DNA from: Enoplolaimus lenunculus
Taxonomy: Eukaryota
DNA: 64,000 nucleotides
Reading direction: 5' to 3'
Assembly (NCBI GenBank): GCA_030248215.1
Contig: JASANG010002537.1
Coordinates: forward strand, 310,001 to 374,000
In this document: piece by piece, positions 51,004 through 64,000 of the stretch
Numbering within the stretch: position 1 is the stretch's first letter
Layout: each line of letters begins with the position of its first letter
Position numbers and translations under genes: made by a program
Notes under the pieces: generated by a model
Seen by the model: the letters and a program-made list of their open reading frames with translations, nothing else
The model's database searches: none
Told to the model about the DNA's origin: nothing

Positions 51004-52581
51004 GCTTGGTATAACCGGTGGGAAACCGGAGCCGGACGTCAACTAGTCTTACCGGAGCCGGAGGTGAAGTAAAATTACTAAATAATATTAATGTTTAATT
51101 TGGTAATTTTAAAAATAATCTTAAAATATTGTCAAAAATTGTTTTAAGTCTTCCGTTATTGCAAATTCTTGGCAATCAAAACCTTTAAAATTAAACTCCA
51201 TAACACAACCAAGCTCGTTATTAAATAGCACAACTTTTATAAAAATACGAAACGTTTATGCAACCGAAATTACTGGTAACAAATGTGTCAGAGTCAGAGA
51301 GGGTGACGTCCGGGTGCAACTTTATTATAAAGTTATTGAACGTGCTATTAAGTTTTTGGATTTGGAAGAGTCCAAAAACAAATTTTTTAAAAATTATCTA
51401 GTTTTAAAAACATAATATCTCTATGGAAGATTAGAGTGCGATTCACTGCAACGATCTTCAGATTTCAGCACTTTCGTCCAAAATTTCTCAATATTTTTAC
51501 ACTTTTGCAATCAACGCAAGCTTTAATTACCGAAGCTTATATAACCAATTTTTATATACCATTGAGCGCATTTTAGTGTCCTAAATTTTGCAAATTTAGT
51601 CAGCTCATTTTTATCACCTTAAATTTCGTTTCACCTCTGGCTTCGGCAAAATTTGGTTAAACATGCCGTGGTTCCTACGTTTTAGCAGTGAAATTTCTTA
51701 AGATATGGTGTTGATTGTTGTTTTTAAGTTTAAATTGATAGCATTCGAATATAATAGATCCGTTGTAAAAAACGAAAATATATTTTGTGAACATAAAAGA
51801 ACATTCTGCAATAAGTTTAATTGCCATTGGTGCAAAACTGGAATGTGGAATTGAATAAATAATAAAAAGTACAAACAAACAACAAAATTAGCTGTCCTAA
51901 ACATCAGGAATGCATGCTTAACCGCGAGGGCGGAACCAGATATCCGTTTCCGGTAAAAACAGCAGCACAGCAACTTTTCAAATTGTTTTACAAGATAGTT
52001 ACACATTGTTCTCACCTGGTGGTAGGCATCTAAGACCTGATGTGGTTTCGCAGGACATAAAACACAAGTGTGAATCGGGCCAATTCTAACGAACTCCTAG
52101 TAAATTTCTCAACCTCATTGTTCTTGCTCGTGACTTGTGATTATGGCAATTTGGTACACTGCAGTTTTATTAACCTATGCCAAACACTATTGTTTAGCAC
52201 AATTTTGAAAGCTTTTAGTTGCTAGATTTACCAAAGAAACAATGCTTAAAAACCAATTATTGATAACATAGCAAATTTAGCATTGTTTTGTTTACGTAAT
52301 TTGATTTTGTCTCCACCACCGGCTAAATTTGTTGACCCCGGCATTGCGCAATTTTGTTGGCATCCAGATCGGGATTTTCTCAGTTTGTGCCCTGGTTACA
52401 ACCATTAAAACTTATATGGATGGGCTATTGACAGCCGTTTGACATGTGTGTATTTGTTATACATTAGCAGTTGGAAAATCTATTTACCGGACCTTTTCAG
52501 TAAAATTTCATTTACAAAAACGTATTATATATAGATTGAATCGAAACGCATAAAGCAGTGAGAAATAATCTACTTAATTCT

Positions 52582-55500
52582 TTAAGTAGTTTTATCAATT
52601 GTTGACGAAGCTGACACCGAAGAAATTGGTGACACTTTTGCCGCTTCAGACCGCCTATGAAAAGGTCCCCTAATACTTTGTTTGGCGAACTGGCGTTCAG
52701 TTTCGTTGTCATGATGCCGTGATTTAACATGACCATCTTGCTCTACTGCACAGCGAACACCGTGTAAACTTAGCGGCGGAGGCAAATTGAACAAACTTTG
52801 TGCGCACAACTGTTCATCAGACGACATTTTGGTCAAGAATTTGTTGTTTTTAAACGTGGCAGCATTGCAATATCGAACAATCATGATTGCTACGCAAACA
52901 ATGCTCGTCATACAAAACAACACTACGAACGCGAGTAACGCAGCGAATTGCGTTTGATTCAGGCAAAGTTGATCGGTGGCAATAGGCGGTAGGTTAGCGT
53001 CTGATGAAGCTTGTGTTTGAAACGATACAGACGGTGGTGGTGATTCGCCAACTTGTCCAGTAATAATTTCTGGTTTATAATTCGTTGACGTCTTTTTCGC
53101 CGCTTGTCCATGGTCATACGTTTGGTAAGCTATCGACAGTGGATTATAATTAAAAACTTGGAATCCGCTTGCTACTTCGAGCACTTCATCTTCCGCACTT
53201 GCGTCTTCTTGTGGTTGTAAGCTATCTTTAGTGTAGTTGACATCATCCGCGTTATATTGAGGTGGTGCTTGGCGATGGGCGCTAGAAAGGTCACGCCTAC
53301 GGAGTAACGAACGAGATGCTCCTAACGGTTCGCCAACCTGTGAGTCGTCGAGAGATTGTAACGCAATGTCTGCTTGACATTCGGTCGAACTGCAAGCATC
53401 GCTTGGTGCGTTCGGCGAGCATATATGAACGTTGCATAGTATGTTGACGTGTGATGACGTTGGAAATGCCCACGTTTTAATGTTGTTGAATATAATTTTT
53501 GAGTCGTCCGCATCGGTTGTTTGAAAATTGGTCCAAACTTGACTACCTTGGTTTTGAAGTGAGCATCCTGAAACAAAACATATATATTTATATGTATGTG
53601 TGTTTGTATGTATATATGGAATGGTAAAGCCATAGTCATAAACTCAGTGAACCTTTTTGGCTTCAGTATTCATCGTGTAATTCTGTCAAAGGATACCTGG
53701 TGCTGTGGTATTGTGGAAGTTGAATGATGGTTAGATCCTCGACAGAAAATTGCAGAAAGTACAGCTAAATATTGCTTTGCTGGGTTCGGTCGTTTTTATA
53801 ACGTCGATTAAAATATACTCAATATTTGGATTTGTTCAACTGGATTATATTGAATTTCTAATTTTTTTCTTTGAATCACGATCAAATTTTTTGCGCATAG
53901 CTGAACCTTATTTACTCGCAGGTAGTATCGACCCCACTATGCTATTATAACTTAAAATCATCCCAATGCGCTAGTAGGGGTTGAGGATGTGGGACACTTG
54001 TTCCTGGGTCATCCGATTGGTGGGGGCAAAATGTGGCAGACTTGTCCTTCTATCCGTGCCTCAAATTGTTTTTCTAAAGATAAATTAAACAGAAACTTGT
54101 TATTTGGACATGAATTGGCAAATGTACCGTACTCATCAATCTGTTTAGCCCCCAGTTCTTTCAAAAATCGTTCCGGCTCCCGTGGAACAAAATACTGCTA
54201 TTTTTGGTTGAGGGTGGTGCTATACTTGTTATGTGGCGCCGTCTGCCGTCGCAAGTCAGTACAATTTTGGGTTACAATTTTTTGGTGCAAGACGGCAATT
54301 AACGTGCGTTGCTGTACGGTGTCAGACTATACCGGACGGCACTGGATAGCTCCAGGTGGCATTAATTTATTCAAAAACTATAGCGTCAACCTAATACTCA
54401 CCGCGATCATCCGACAGCTGAATTTGTGACGTTGAATCGGTTGCCCAGCAACGGCCAGCTCTTACATTGTATCCTTTTAGATGTGACATTGAAATGACGT
54501 ACGAAATTGGTTCACCGATATTCAACGGCCGGTTCACTGGCGCCCCGAACGGGCCTTCGCCAAGTTGAATTGCGACATTGTAATCGACTTGTAACGGAGT
54601 TAGACTCGGATTGCTGACTATTTCTGAAACGTATAGGTCAATTTAGCAGACACACAAACGCGGATTTTTGTCAATTTAAAGGACTGGTGTCATATATCGT
54701 TATAACTACTACCGTATGGTCCCAAGCAAAAGATGTTCAGCTGCTCCCACTGTCCGGCATGAGTTGTCTGTTTGAAATGTATAACCTTGAACTTGTTTTA
54801 CAAAGTTTAATCTAATGCATAGGAACTCAGGACCATGCTACAAGCCCCTTCGGTCCAAAACCATCGCTTGGATCGGTTTTAAAGGTCCAGATGTTGAAGG
54901 ACAAAATCACTTTAAAAGACTCCACTGAATATACTTGCACCAACCTGAATCTTTTAAAGATCCTTCTACTGCGATACTTCCCAATGTTACTGTAAACTGG
55001 CGTCCAAATCCTTGGTCATGTTCACGATTCTCAGGATTACACGTCAGTACGTATTTGTTATCGCCGATTTCTGTAAGCAAACTATTATCAAAACAGTAGA
55101 TTCAAATGATTTGATGTTCGTTCACCTCGGACATTTTTTGTTTTTTTCCTACGATTTCTACTCACCTTTTTATGTGACTCATTTTCTGCTGTTCAAAATA
55201 TGAAATTTCGCTTTTCAACAGGATGTGGTCATGAAACAGTGTTAGGGTTGCGCTATACTCGCCGCGTGCCGCCGGACGTCGACTTGCGCCACGATAAATT
55301 TTGTTATTCAAAATTGTCGCACGCCATCCAAACAGATTTTGCCTATGTTTTGGTTAGTAACGTACAGTGGCGAACGGCGCACGACGCCGTATGGGGTATG
55401 GCGGATGGCTGCTTCGGCCGGTGACGATTTGCAAATTTTGGTACGCCACTGCACGAAACACGACCTATTGCTACCACAATATTCCGTCTAATGCTTTTCT

Positions 55501-57247
55501 AAACTTTCTTATGTCGCCTGGTCGCGAAAAAGAGTAAAGATCCGAAAATAAACGGTGAAAAAATCGGAACCAAACTCACCAAGTATCCGCGGATCTCTTT
55601 GTATTACAACGGTGTTTCGTCTTGTTCCATCAGGAAGTATTTCTGAATTACATCGATCCAATGGAATGGTGATATTAAAAAATGAACTTGGCAACAGCCT
55701 TCCATCAACATAACGACAATTGGCATCGTTGAATGTACCGTCGGTATAAATTAAACCAGTAAAAGTTCGTTCAAATGTTAAACTCAACACAATCGCCGGC
55801 TGTGATTGGTCAGTTTCAGCGTGAGTGCAAACTGCTGATTTGCTGAGTACACGATTTGTTGAACGCTGTGATGTAATTTCACTGGCTGCAGCGGTGAGAC
55901 GCTTTTGAACTATAGTGTCTTGTTGAAATCGTGACGGATACAAGTAGCTTTGTGCAAAAAGTTGCTGTGTGACGCTGAACATCAGTGAAGCAATCAGTGC
56001 TGATATCTATAATACATTATTTGCTAAGATTTCATAATATAGGCGCACAGAATTTTAAGGCCAAATTTTAGCAACGTTTGGCATAATAGCGTTTTAACTA
56101 ACGAAATATATATAAATACCAGTCGTAGTGTGATTACATTTATTGAGCGAAGCTCGAACACACGTAAGCAATTAAGGTAATATGCAAATTAGTTATTAGC
56201 TAACTATTCATATATCGGTTTTGGAGGTTTGTAAGCAATTTCCTCAGATTCCTCGCACGCAAAAACCTTTCAGCCACCGTAATAATTATTGGAATAATTC
56301 AAAAAGTCCTAATTTTGTCTCGTCAATTAAGCAAATATGCAAATTACCTATTAGCTAACTATTCGATAATCGCCTTTAAAGGTTTGTAGACAATTTATTC
56401 AGATTCCTTGCACCCGAAAACCCTTTATTGCTGAAATTATATTGCTTTTAACCTTAATAATTATTGAAATAATTTAACAAGTACTAATTTTGCCTGATCA
56501 ATTAAGCTAATAAGCAAATTAGCTATTAGCTAACTATTCAATTATCGGTTTTGGAGGTTTGTAAACAATTTATTCAAATTTCTCGCACTTAAAAACCCTT
56601 TAGTGCTGAAATTATATTGTTTTTAACCTTAATAATTAGTGAAATATTGTAAAAAGTCCTAATTTAGGCTTCAGATTCCTCGCACCGAAAAACCCTTTAG
56701 TGCTAAAATTAGATGGCTTCTAACTGTACTAATTAGTGAAATATTGTGGAAAGTCCTAATTTAGGCTTAATTAATTAGGCAAATTAGCCTATAGCTAATA
56801 AACGGCTTAAAATTTTCAAACCCCAATGCGAGGTTAACACTCCAGGATAATTGGCTTTCAAACAAAAAAAGTTTATCAAAATCGGTTCAGCTGTTCCTGA
56901 TTCGAAGTCCTAACCTTTGGGTAATTTTAGATAGCCTAGTTTAAAGCAAGCTCGTAGTCTGCCAAACAAATTAGAGGGGTCCAACGCAGATGTGTTACAT
57001 AATTTACAATCAGTGAAAGATGTTTCCAAAGTGTGTAGCTCAGTTTCCCGGTTCGAACTTGGTGAAGGCTTTTTAAACGATCGTTTGACATATGTATTTA
57101 CATATTGTTTTTTTGCGTAAGTTTATTTCTTGGCGTCCTGCCGTATAATTCTGGCCCATGCTGAATTGAGAAATTAATTTTCTGTACTTTTTAGGTTTAT
57201 ATACTAATATTTGATACTAGCAAACTTACTCGCATGGCAAGAATCAT
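52582..57247 (-). CDS. ZP-domain (cuticlin-like) single-pass membrane protein (about 592 aa, 5 coding exons)
   Basis: Exons 57247-57230 (MILAMR), 56006-55580, 55070-54945, 54623-54402 and 53567-52582 have consistent phases (1779 nt). Features: signal peptide; ZP-N (FTGLIYTDGTFNDANC, NTVVIQRDPRIL..GDNKYVLTC); ZP-C (AGRCWATD..LSDDRGCS, KTWAFPTSSHVNILCNVHIC); basic site LRRRD; TM helix FAALLAFVVLFCMTSIVCVAIMIV; cytoplasmic tail. Confidence 0.9.
56119..56900 (-). mobile_element. Helitron/DINE-like element, 5'-truncated, in the first coding intron of the ZP gene
   Basis: Reverse complement of about 48695-49198 with the same 3' end and more copies of the internal repeat. Confidence 0.7.
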
Positions 57248-57969
57248 ACTCGATATATTAAGCTCTATTTATAATGTTTTTACGGCTACATTGCATAATT
57301 TAGAATAATCTGAAACAAAATTGGTTAAAAAATCTGTGCCAGATATGGTTTATAAGAATTAAGAAACAATTGGTTAATAATCGCGGCACCAGTTTCACTT
57401 CTTTGCCCACGTAGCAAATTGCCTTAAACAAATTGACTTCGGTGAAGCATGTTCGATTCATTAGTTTTAAACGAATCAAGTAAACTTATTCCACACTTGG
57501 GTATAGTTCCCTCCACCTAAGACTGTTGCTGTAAGGTTTTTACATCTGGAGATTTCTAGTACTCAAAGGGTCATGGTGTGCAATGCGACCAAGTTGAAAT
57601 TTCTTTGCGCTAACGAAATGGGTATGGGCATGCATGTATTCACAGTCAACTTCTTAACATTGTAGTCTTGCAAAACGATGGTTATAAGCGATACACCGGG
57701 ACTGACGGAAACTGTTCGTAAATACCCACGAAGCGCATGCGGTGAGTTACGAGAGTTGGTGAAAGTTTTACTTGAAAAGTTCATGTTTGCGGGAACGCAG
57801 TTAAAGAACGAAATGTTCTCATGACAGGGCATAGTTTCGTTTTATTCTCAAAAACTCTACCCGTAATTGCAACATCGTTTTAAGGCATAGCCTTTCGCTA
57901 AGAGCCTCTTATCTGCTAATATACCATTGAAGTCTTTGCAAGGAATAGTTAAATTGTTTAAAGTTTATA

Positions 57970-58358
57970 TATGTCGTAGCCCAAGTCGTAATTCAGCCCA
58001 ATTCCGAATTGTGCTAGCCCAAAGCAGAATTACGATTTGGGCTAGCCCAAAGCGGAATCATGTCTGATAAAGCTGTGAGTTTTCTGATTGGTTACTTGAT
58101 TGTCGTAGTTCTGCTTGATTCCACTTTACTCAGTAAAACAAACTGTTTGGTAACAACAGGTTGCGATTACTTAGCCAATCAGAAAAGAATATTTCCAAAA
58201 GCAAATCGTAATTATGTATGGCATTAAGGAGATAACCAATCACAAGGCGAGGGCTTCTTGTATAGAAGGGATTACGCCGTGGGCTAGCCCAAGTCGTAAT
58301 TACTCCCGGACTAGCCCAATTCGGAATTGGGCTAAATTACGACTTGGGTTACGACATG
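57970..58358. mobile_element. MITE with about 50-bp TIRs and internal CCAAT motifs
   Basis: ATGTCGTAGCCCAAGTCGTAATTCAGCCCAATTCCGAATTG ... CAATTCGGAATTGGGCTAAATTACGACTTGGGTTACGACAT. Confidence 0.85.
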
Positions 58359-60142
58359 TATAGTATGCCATTTACTGGTTCGAAAGGAAAAATTGCAAAC
58401 AAATATTATTAAGTTTACTCGTTGAGTATGAATTAAAGTCCAGAGATTCTTTTATATAAAAACAATTTCAACAATTTAAGATTAAATAATTGTCACACAT
58501 TAACAAATTAACTAAGTACTCGGCAGATAAGTTTCAAAAATTAGCTAAATTTTATTACCGAATGCTACCGAAACTTTTGGCAAAAAGTTTACCCAAGGCT
58601 AGGTCGATTTTCGGCCGGAGGTTAATTGTCCAGTTATTAATACTATGATGCTTATTACGCCAAAGTTTAATTTCAAAAAACAACTCAACCCAGACACGAT
58701 AAGAAACAATCTCAAGACAGTGTAGAATATTGAAAAACGAAGGATATTTTGAAAAAAAAGAAACGAAAAATCAAACTACAAAGTCACATCTTTAAGGGCG
58801 ACAACAAATGGAATATATTTATTTTTGTACGACGTCTGTACGTTGTTTGAAATTATTTAAAATTCGTATCTCTTTTGTATTGGTATACTTTATACTCGAA
58901 ACACATGCTGGTGTGATTCGAGTAAAATTTATTTTAAAAATTCTATCTCGACCACGGTGTATTCAAGTGGGAATAAGGGGAATATATACCCCTTCCTAAA
59001 ATTAAAATGGAACTATTTGCTTTTAACCTACTTGATCGTGGAATCTAAATTCGCTCGCTGGTACGAAACTTCAGGTTGTACCCGTCTGAAATGAAATTCT
59101 AGTTACGCCACTGATTTAGGGCTGATAAAATTATCATTCGTTTTGAAATATCAAAGACATACTGTGCGGCGAATTGTATATATCTAAAGACGTAATACTC
59201 TAGAGATATCTTGCATGTGAATTTTATGTTTAATACGCATCGGAAGTCGTTATATAATTTTCGATATATTCACTAGACGCTTCCTAAACCTTGACGAACA
59301 GCTGCTGGTGCGCATATTGAAAAATTCATGTCAAGAGTAGCGTAAAATTCGCTTTTTAAGAGACGAAACTACAGGAAAATATAATTTGCTTGTATTTGGA
59401 AGCGGCTGTATTAATTTTGTTGAATAAGTTTATTCAAAATATTAACAATGTTGGCTTTGCAAAATTGACGAAGAATTCAGCGATACGATCATAGTAATTT
59501 AGTGGGAAAACAACATTAGGAAAGTAAAATGTTTCTAGGGTTTCGCATAACCGTTTATATGGCTGATGTAATTCGAATTCAACATTTCTAAGACTGACAA
59601 CCTAGAAAACGCAAAAATCTAAACTAAAAACCGTTAGTGCAATTTTGAAGCGTACATTTCCGTGACAGCGTTGCTCGTAAAGTTTCTGATCAGCTAGTAT
59701 ATGTTTGACAATAAACTCTCTGTGTTTTAACGCTGTTCCAGCGTAGACAAAAAACTGTGGCGTGTGCCACTGAAAAACGGACGTTTTTAGTCTAAACTTT
59801 AATCTAAACAGCAGTATTTAGCGCAAAAATTTTATGCTACACATACTTTCAACAATTTGTCATTTGTATATTTCATACAAAATTTGAACACTTGCAGTTT
59901 CACGACCCCCATCACCTGTGTGTGTATTGTTTTGTAGCTTAAATTTGAATTAAACGTCGAATGAAACGAGGAGCTTAAGTTTTTTTCATTTTCGTTATTG
60001 AAAGCAACGTTTAGTTAAATTTTGGGTGCGTAGCTGTTGAAAGTTTGAAACATATTTTGAATTTATAAAAGCTCCACAAGACCTCGTTTTTAACTTTGCT
60101 AAACAAAATAATTACTCAAGTCCACCGATTGTTACATTTGTA

Positions 60143-60555
60143 CTGTAGTGACCTGACTACGAGATAGGTAGAATGATATTTATTTGACCTTTCCAGAAGG
60201 AACCCCCGTTGTTCGGTAACGGACTGTTATTTATTTTTAACGCGCGCTCCGCCATCCTTCGTTACGTTGAACTAAACGTTTATTTGTCTTGTATCAACAG
60301 CTTGAGCGATAATGCAAGGTTATACTTATGAATGTGCCTTCAAACCGTAGAATGTTGTAAAGTTTCGAACTCAACTTTATTTGGTGCTGGAGTCGTTTAT
60401 GCGCAACAATTAGGGAAAATTGACATTTATGGATTCTAATTAGCGTTTTGGGCCTCTATCCGCTTATGGGTTCTTATTAGGGCTGCGGACTCCTATTGCT
60501 TTTGAATCAAAATAGTGACCCACTTTTATTACGCCCCTTATTCAGGTCACTACAG
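60143..60555 (+). mobile_element. TA-target MITE (family A)
   Basis: TA-CTGTAGTGACCTGA ... TTCAGGTCACTACAG; the interior is homologous to 18810-19206. Confidence 0.88.
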
Positions 60556-61524
60556 TTTGGCCCATTGAAGTATTGATAACAAAGCTAGTTTTATCAGATA
60601 ACTATAAGTTAGATGGGGTCACTTGATAGAATTAAACCAAGCAATTGCTATTGCACTATATATTATTATGTTCTAAAATTAAAACTATATAACGGTCGTT
60701 CATATTTAAGAGTCCGCAATACCTGTTGTATCTGAACTCGGCACTGAAGTAGATACAGTCTTAATCCAAATTAACACACTTCTAAAACTCAGTCGTTACA
60801 TGTACCTAAAAAGTGTTCTATTTTTTAACATTAATGGTTGTTGAATTCAGTTGAGCCGGGTATTGGAAGAAATTAGACCATCTGACAATGAACAAATGTT
60901 ACGAATCAAAAAACAGCAATTGTGAAAAACAACTCCATTCGAAGATTGAAAAATGCAAACTGTGGATTAATGGCTTAGTCAGACAAAGATTTGGCCAAAA
61001 ATAGAAACAAGTCAATTCGAAAAACACTGTTTTGAGTGAAACCTAAAACGATTTCATTGTTATATTTTAGTTGCGCAAAAATTCGAACTTCAATCAGCTG
61101 AAAATTAAATACGTCATTTTGATTCTTCCAAGCTGTTTTAATACCAAAAACGATCATAGTTTATATTTGAAGGTCACTATATATGATGTTATTTTTTCAC
61201 TGTGTTCATATTTAATACTGAAAACTTTAGTTAACCTTGACAATGGAATGACAATTGAATTTTAAGTTGAATATGATAGCGCAGAAAGGAACTGTGATGA
61301 GTAAAATGAACCATTTTAAATGTCAAAATATTCCACAACGAGCAAAGCGATGCGTTTAAAACCAATGGCCTGATAGTTCATGTAAAATATGATAGATTTT
61401 CATTAGCCATGTCTAAATCATGCAATTATTTTGACGGGTGACGGGTTTAATCGCTGTTTTGACAGTATACTTTAACTGAATCTTTGCTATTGCTGAATTT
61501 AAAGCTAAATCTAATATAATTCTA

Positions 61525-61956
61525 CTGTAGTGACCCGAATAAAAGGGGGAATGATATTTATTTGGCTTTTCCAGAGGGTACCGCCTGTTATTCGGTTACG
61601 GAGTTCTGCGTTTTTAACCTGCCCTCCACCGCCCTACGTTACTAGTATATTTCCAGTATTAAAACAATCTGTTGAATTAAACGTTTATTTGTCTTCTATC
61701 AAAAACTTAAGCGATAATGCAAGAGGAACGTACTTTCAAAACTCCATTATATTTGCTTAAAAATTTCAACTCAACTTCATTTGGTCCTAGAGTCATTTAT
61801 GCGCAACAATCAAAAATAACTAACATTTATGGACTCTAATTAGGGTTCAGGGACTGTATCCGCTTACGGACTCTTATTAGGGATACGGATTTTTACCGTC
61901 TGGTACTCAAAATGGAAACCCCCTCTTATTACCCCGCAATTATTTGGGTCGCTATA
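61525..61956 (+). mobile_element. TA-target MITE (family A), right TIR decayed
   Basis: TA-CTGTAGTGACCCGAATAA ... TTATTTGGGTCGCTATA. Confidence 0.85.
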
Positions 61957-64000
61957 AAATGTTAAACTAATACTCGAAATCAACAAAAAAATTTGTTTCA
62001 AATCTTCTCAGACTTCTTTTAAGCTGAATAAAACTCTGTTCTAAACTGAGTAACAACTCTGTGCTGCATGAAACTTCGCATATAGAAATACTGCAAACGC
62101 CATCATTTGAAAATATACTTCTGAATGTTTAAAAGTTACCTAAAAATGTAAAAATTTCAAAAAATGTAAATGAGGAAGAAGTCGTACAAGAGCCAATTAA
62201 TTTTTTACGAGTGATCTGTAATTTTGCAGGGTGCTTCATATTTTAAATAATTTACAACGGTTCATTTGTATTAATATTTTCGACATTCTATCCCTTATAA
62301 CGACATCTTCAGGTCGGCTGCGTTTTGAAATTAAGAATAAATTTTGTACGATGTCGAACCTTTTGATTATAAAATTTAGGGTTTATAAAAATGTAATTTT
62401 TTATAAATTTTTTAAAGAAGTTTGAGGAACATTAAGTTGTCAATTTCAATTAAAGTTAAAGTCACCGAAGTTCAATGTGTGAACAGTGGGGTTTTTTACT
62501 TCAGTTTTTAAATAATATTCATGAGTTTTTGAATTTTTGATGTTTTCTATATATATCAAATATACTCATTTCATTATAATATATGAAGAAATTAGAGCAA
62601 ACTAACGAAAATATATATAGACCACAGAGTTTGTCTTAAGATTTTTTCATTGGTAGATCACAGGTGTCTTCTTGACAAATAAAAATTAAAAATTGCATGC
62701 GGAACTTACGCAATCCTAACCTTTAAGTTTTACATTCTTCAGCCGTTATCAAACTGCTAAAATGTGCTGTCCAACTGCAAACGTAAAAATAAGGTTGCAC
62801 GCAACTCAAAACAAAGCCTTAGGGCCGTAACAGTGGTATGAGCATATTACTAATTCTAAGCCTAAGCGTAAGACTAAGACCGTTTCATTTAGCTATTTGG
62901 CTTGAAACAGTTTAAAAGCAAAGCTCTAATACTAAAGTGTGGTCAGAATCTATAATTTGCTAGTTAGAATACAAATTCGCTAATACTGAGTACTGATATG
63001 ACATTTGCGCACTCAAATCTAGGCCCATATTCTCAAATTTGTACAGCATCTATCACCAGTTGGTAACAAGTTTTCAAATTTCCGAGCTGTTTCAGTCGCA
63101 AGTCTCAAATTTTGCATAAAAATCGGGAAGTCAAATCAGGAAAATATGATCAATTCCTAAAAGTTCTCCTTTCAATGGTTTAAAAGTACCAAGACTTGTC
63201 TTCAACTGGTGTTACGTGCTACACACATTTGAGAATACGGTCACTAGATACAGCTGCGATAATCCCGAACAATACTGGCTCTTGTACACTTCCCCACCCA
63301 GACTTGGACTTAACCGCACGTGTGCGCTTTAGTTCTCAAACTTAGATCTAGAAAACTAACTAAAAGCCTAAGCCTAAACCATAAAAAGAGCGAAAGATAA
63401 AAACTAGCAGAAATATACTATCGCACTATAGTTATAATTTTTTGTCATTATCAGCAACGGGAGCGTTAATATTTGAAACCATAACTCCAATTGAAATGTC
63501 TCACATTGATCTCACACGGTCAACCATTAATAAATCTAATACTTATCCTACAGCTTCAACATCGGTTACATCTGTCAGGTGGTCAACCGTGGTTAAACTC
63601 GTCGTTGAAAAACTGTCACCCCCAAATTTGTGTTTAGGACTAGTTTCCGAAAAAATAATTCATATTTTATGTTTAAATCGAAATTGAAAATGAACCCGTG
63701 TTAATAAAGGGGCCTGCCTACATAAAAGTGGGGGCTTAGAACTCGGGAAGTTTTAGGTTTAGGCTTGAGCTTAGTATTTAGGCTTATATTTACGCTGACG
63801 CTTAGGCATAGGCTTAGTTTTTAGTAAACCAGATCCCTATTATAAAACGTGTTAAACCGCTCCTCGCTGTATAAAACGATCAAAACGAAATATTTTTGGA
63901 AGGTTATGTTCCGATAAGCAGTATATTCAACTGCGCTAATAAAACAACAATTGCAGCTAAAAATAACGCAAATGCGTGTCCCGACGCGCGTTGCTGAGTG

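Noticed and set aside
53989..54429. 146-aa ORF antisense within a ZP intron
   Set aside because: GTG start, no domain and no convincing splice structure.
1..64000. CRISPR arrays, operons or an autonomous transposase/reverse transcriptase ORF
   Set aside because: The window is spliceosomal-intron eukaryotic DNA; the repeats lack unique spacers and I recognised no DDE, RT or RepHel coding region.

Overview
AT-rich, intron-containing animal DNA, most likely from a nematode. Support: many degenerate TTAGGC/GCCTAA telomere-type repeats, an FLP neuropeptide gene and a cuticlin-like ZP gene; loose splice acceptors and a very intron-rich XPO7 hint at an early-branching lineage (inference). I could build five spliced or single-exon gene models by hand. 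(1) An AANAT/dopamine N-acetyltransferase-like GNAT (+, about 5.3-9.2 kb) whose best first exon reads like a mitochondrial presequence. (2) A neuropeptide precursor with seven KR-flanked PAPV(K/Q)xW peptides that I do not recognise (-, 11.6-12.0 kb). (3) A two-exon FMRFamide-like precursor encoding one NNEFIRFamide, flp-8/AF1-like (-, 22.2-22.9 kb); its peptide exon is absent from the ORF track. (4) Exportin-7, 28 exons (+, 31.7-46.6 kb). (5) A ZP-domain membrane protein (-, 52.6-57.2 kb). The rest is dense with non-autonomous elements: TA-target, hAT-like and piggyBac-like MITEs, a MITE carrying telomere-like repeats, MITEs carrying tRNA-like modules, Helitron-like copies and mini/microsatellites. 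No database searches were run; all family calls come from recognised motifs.
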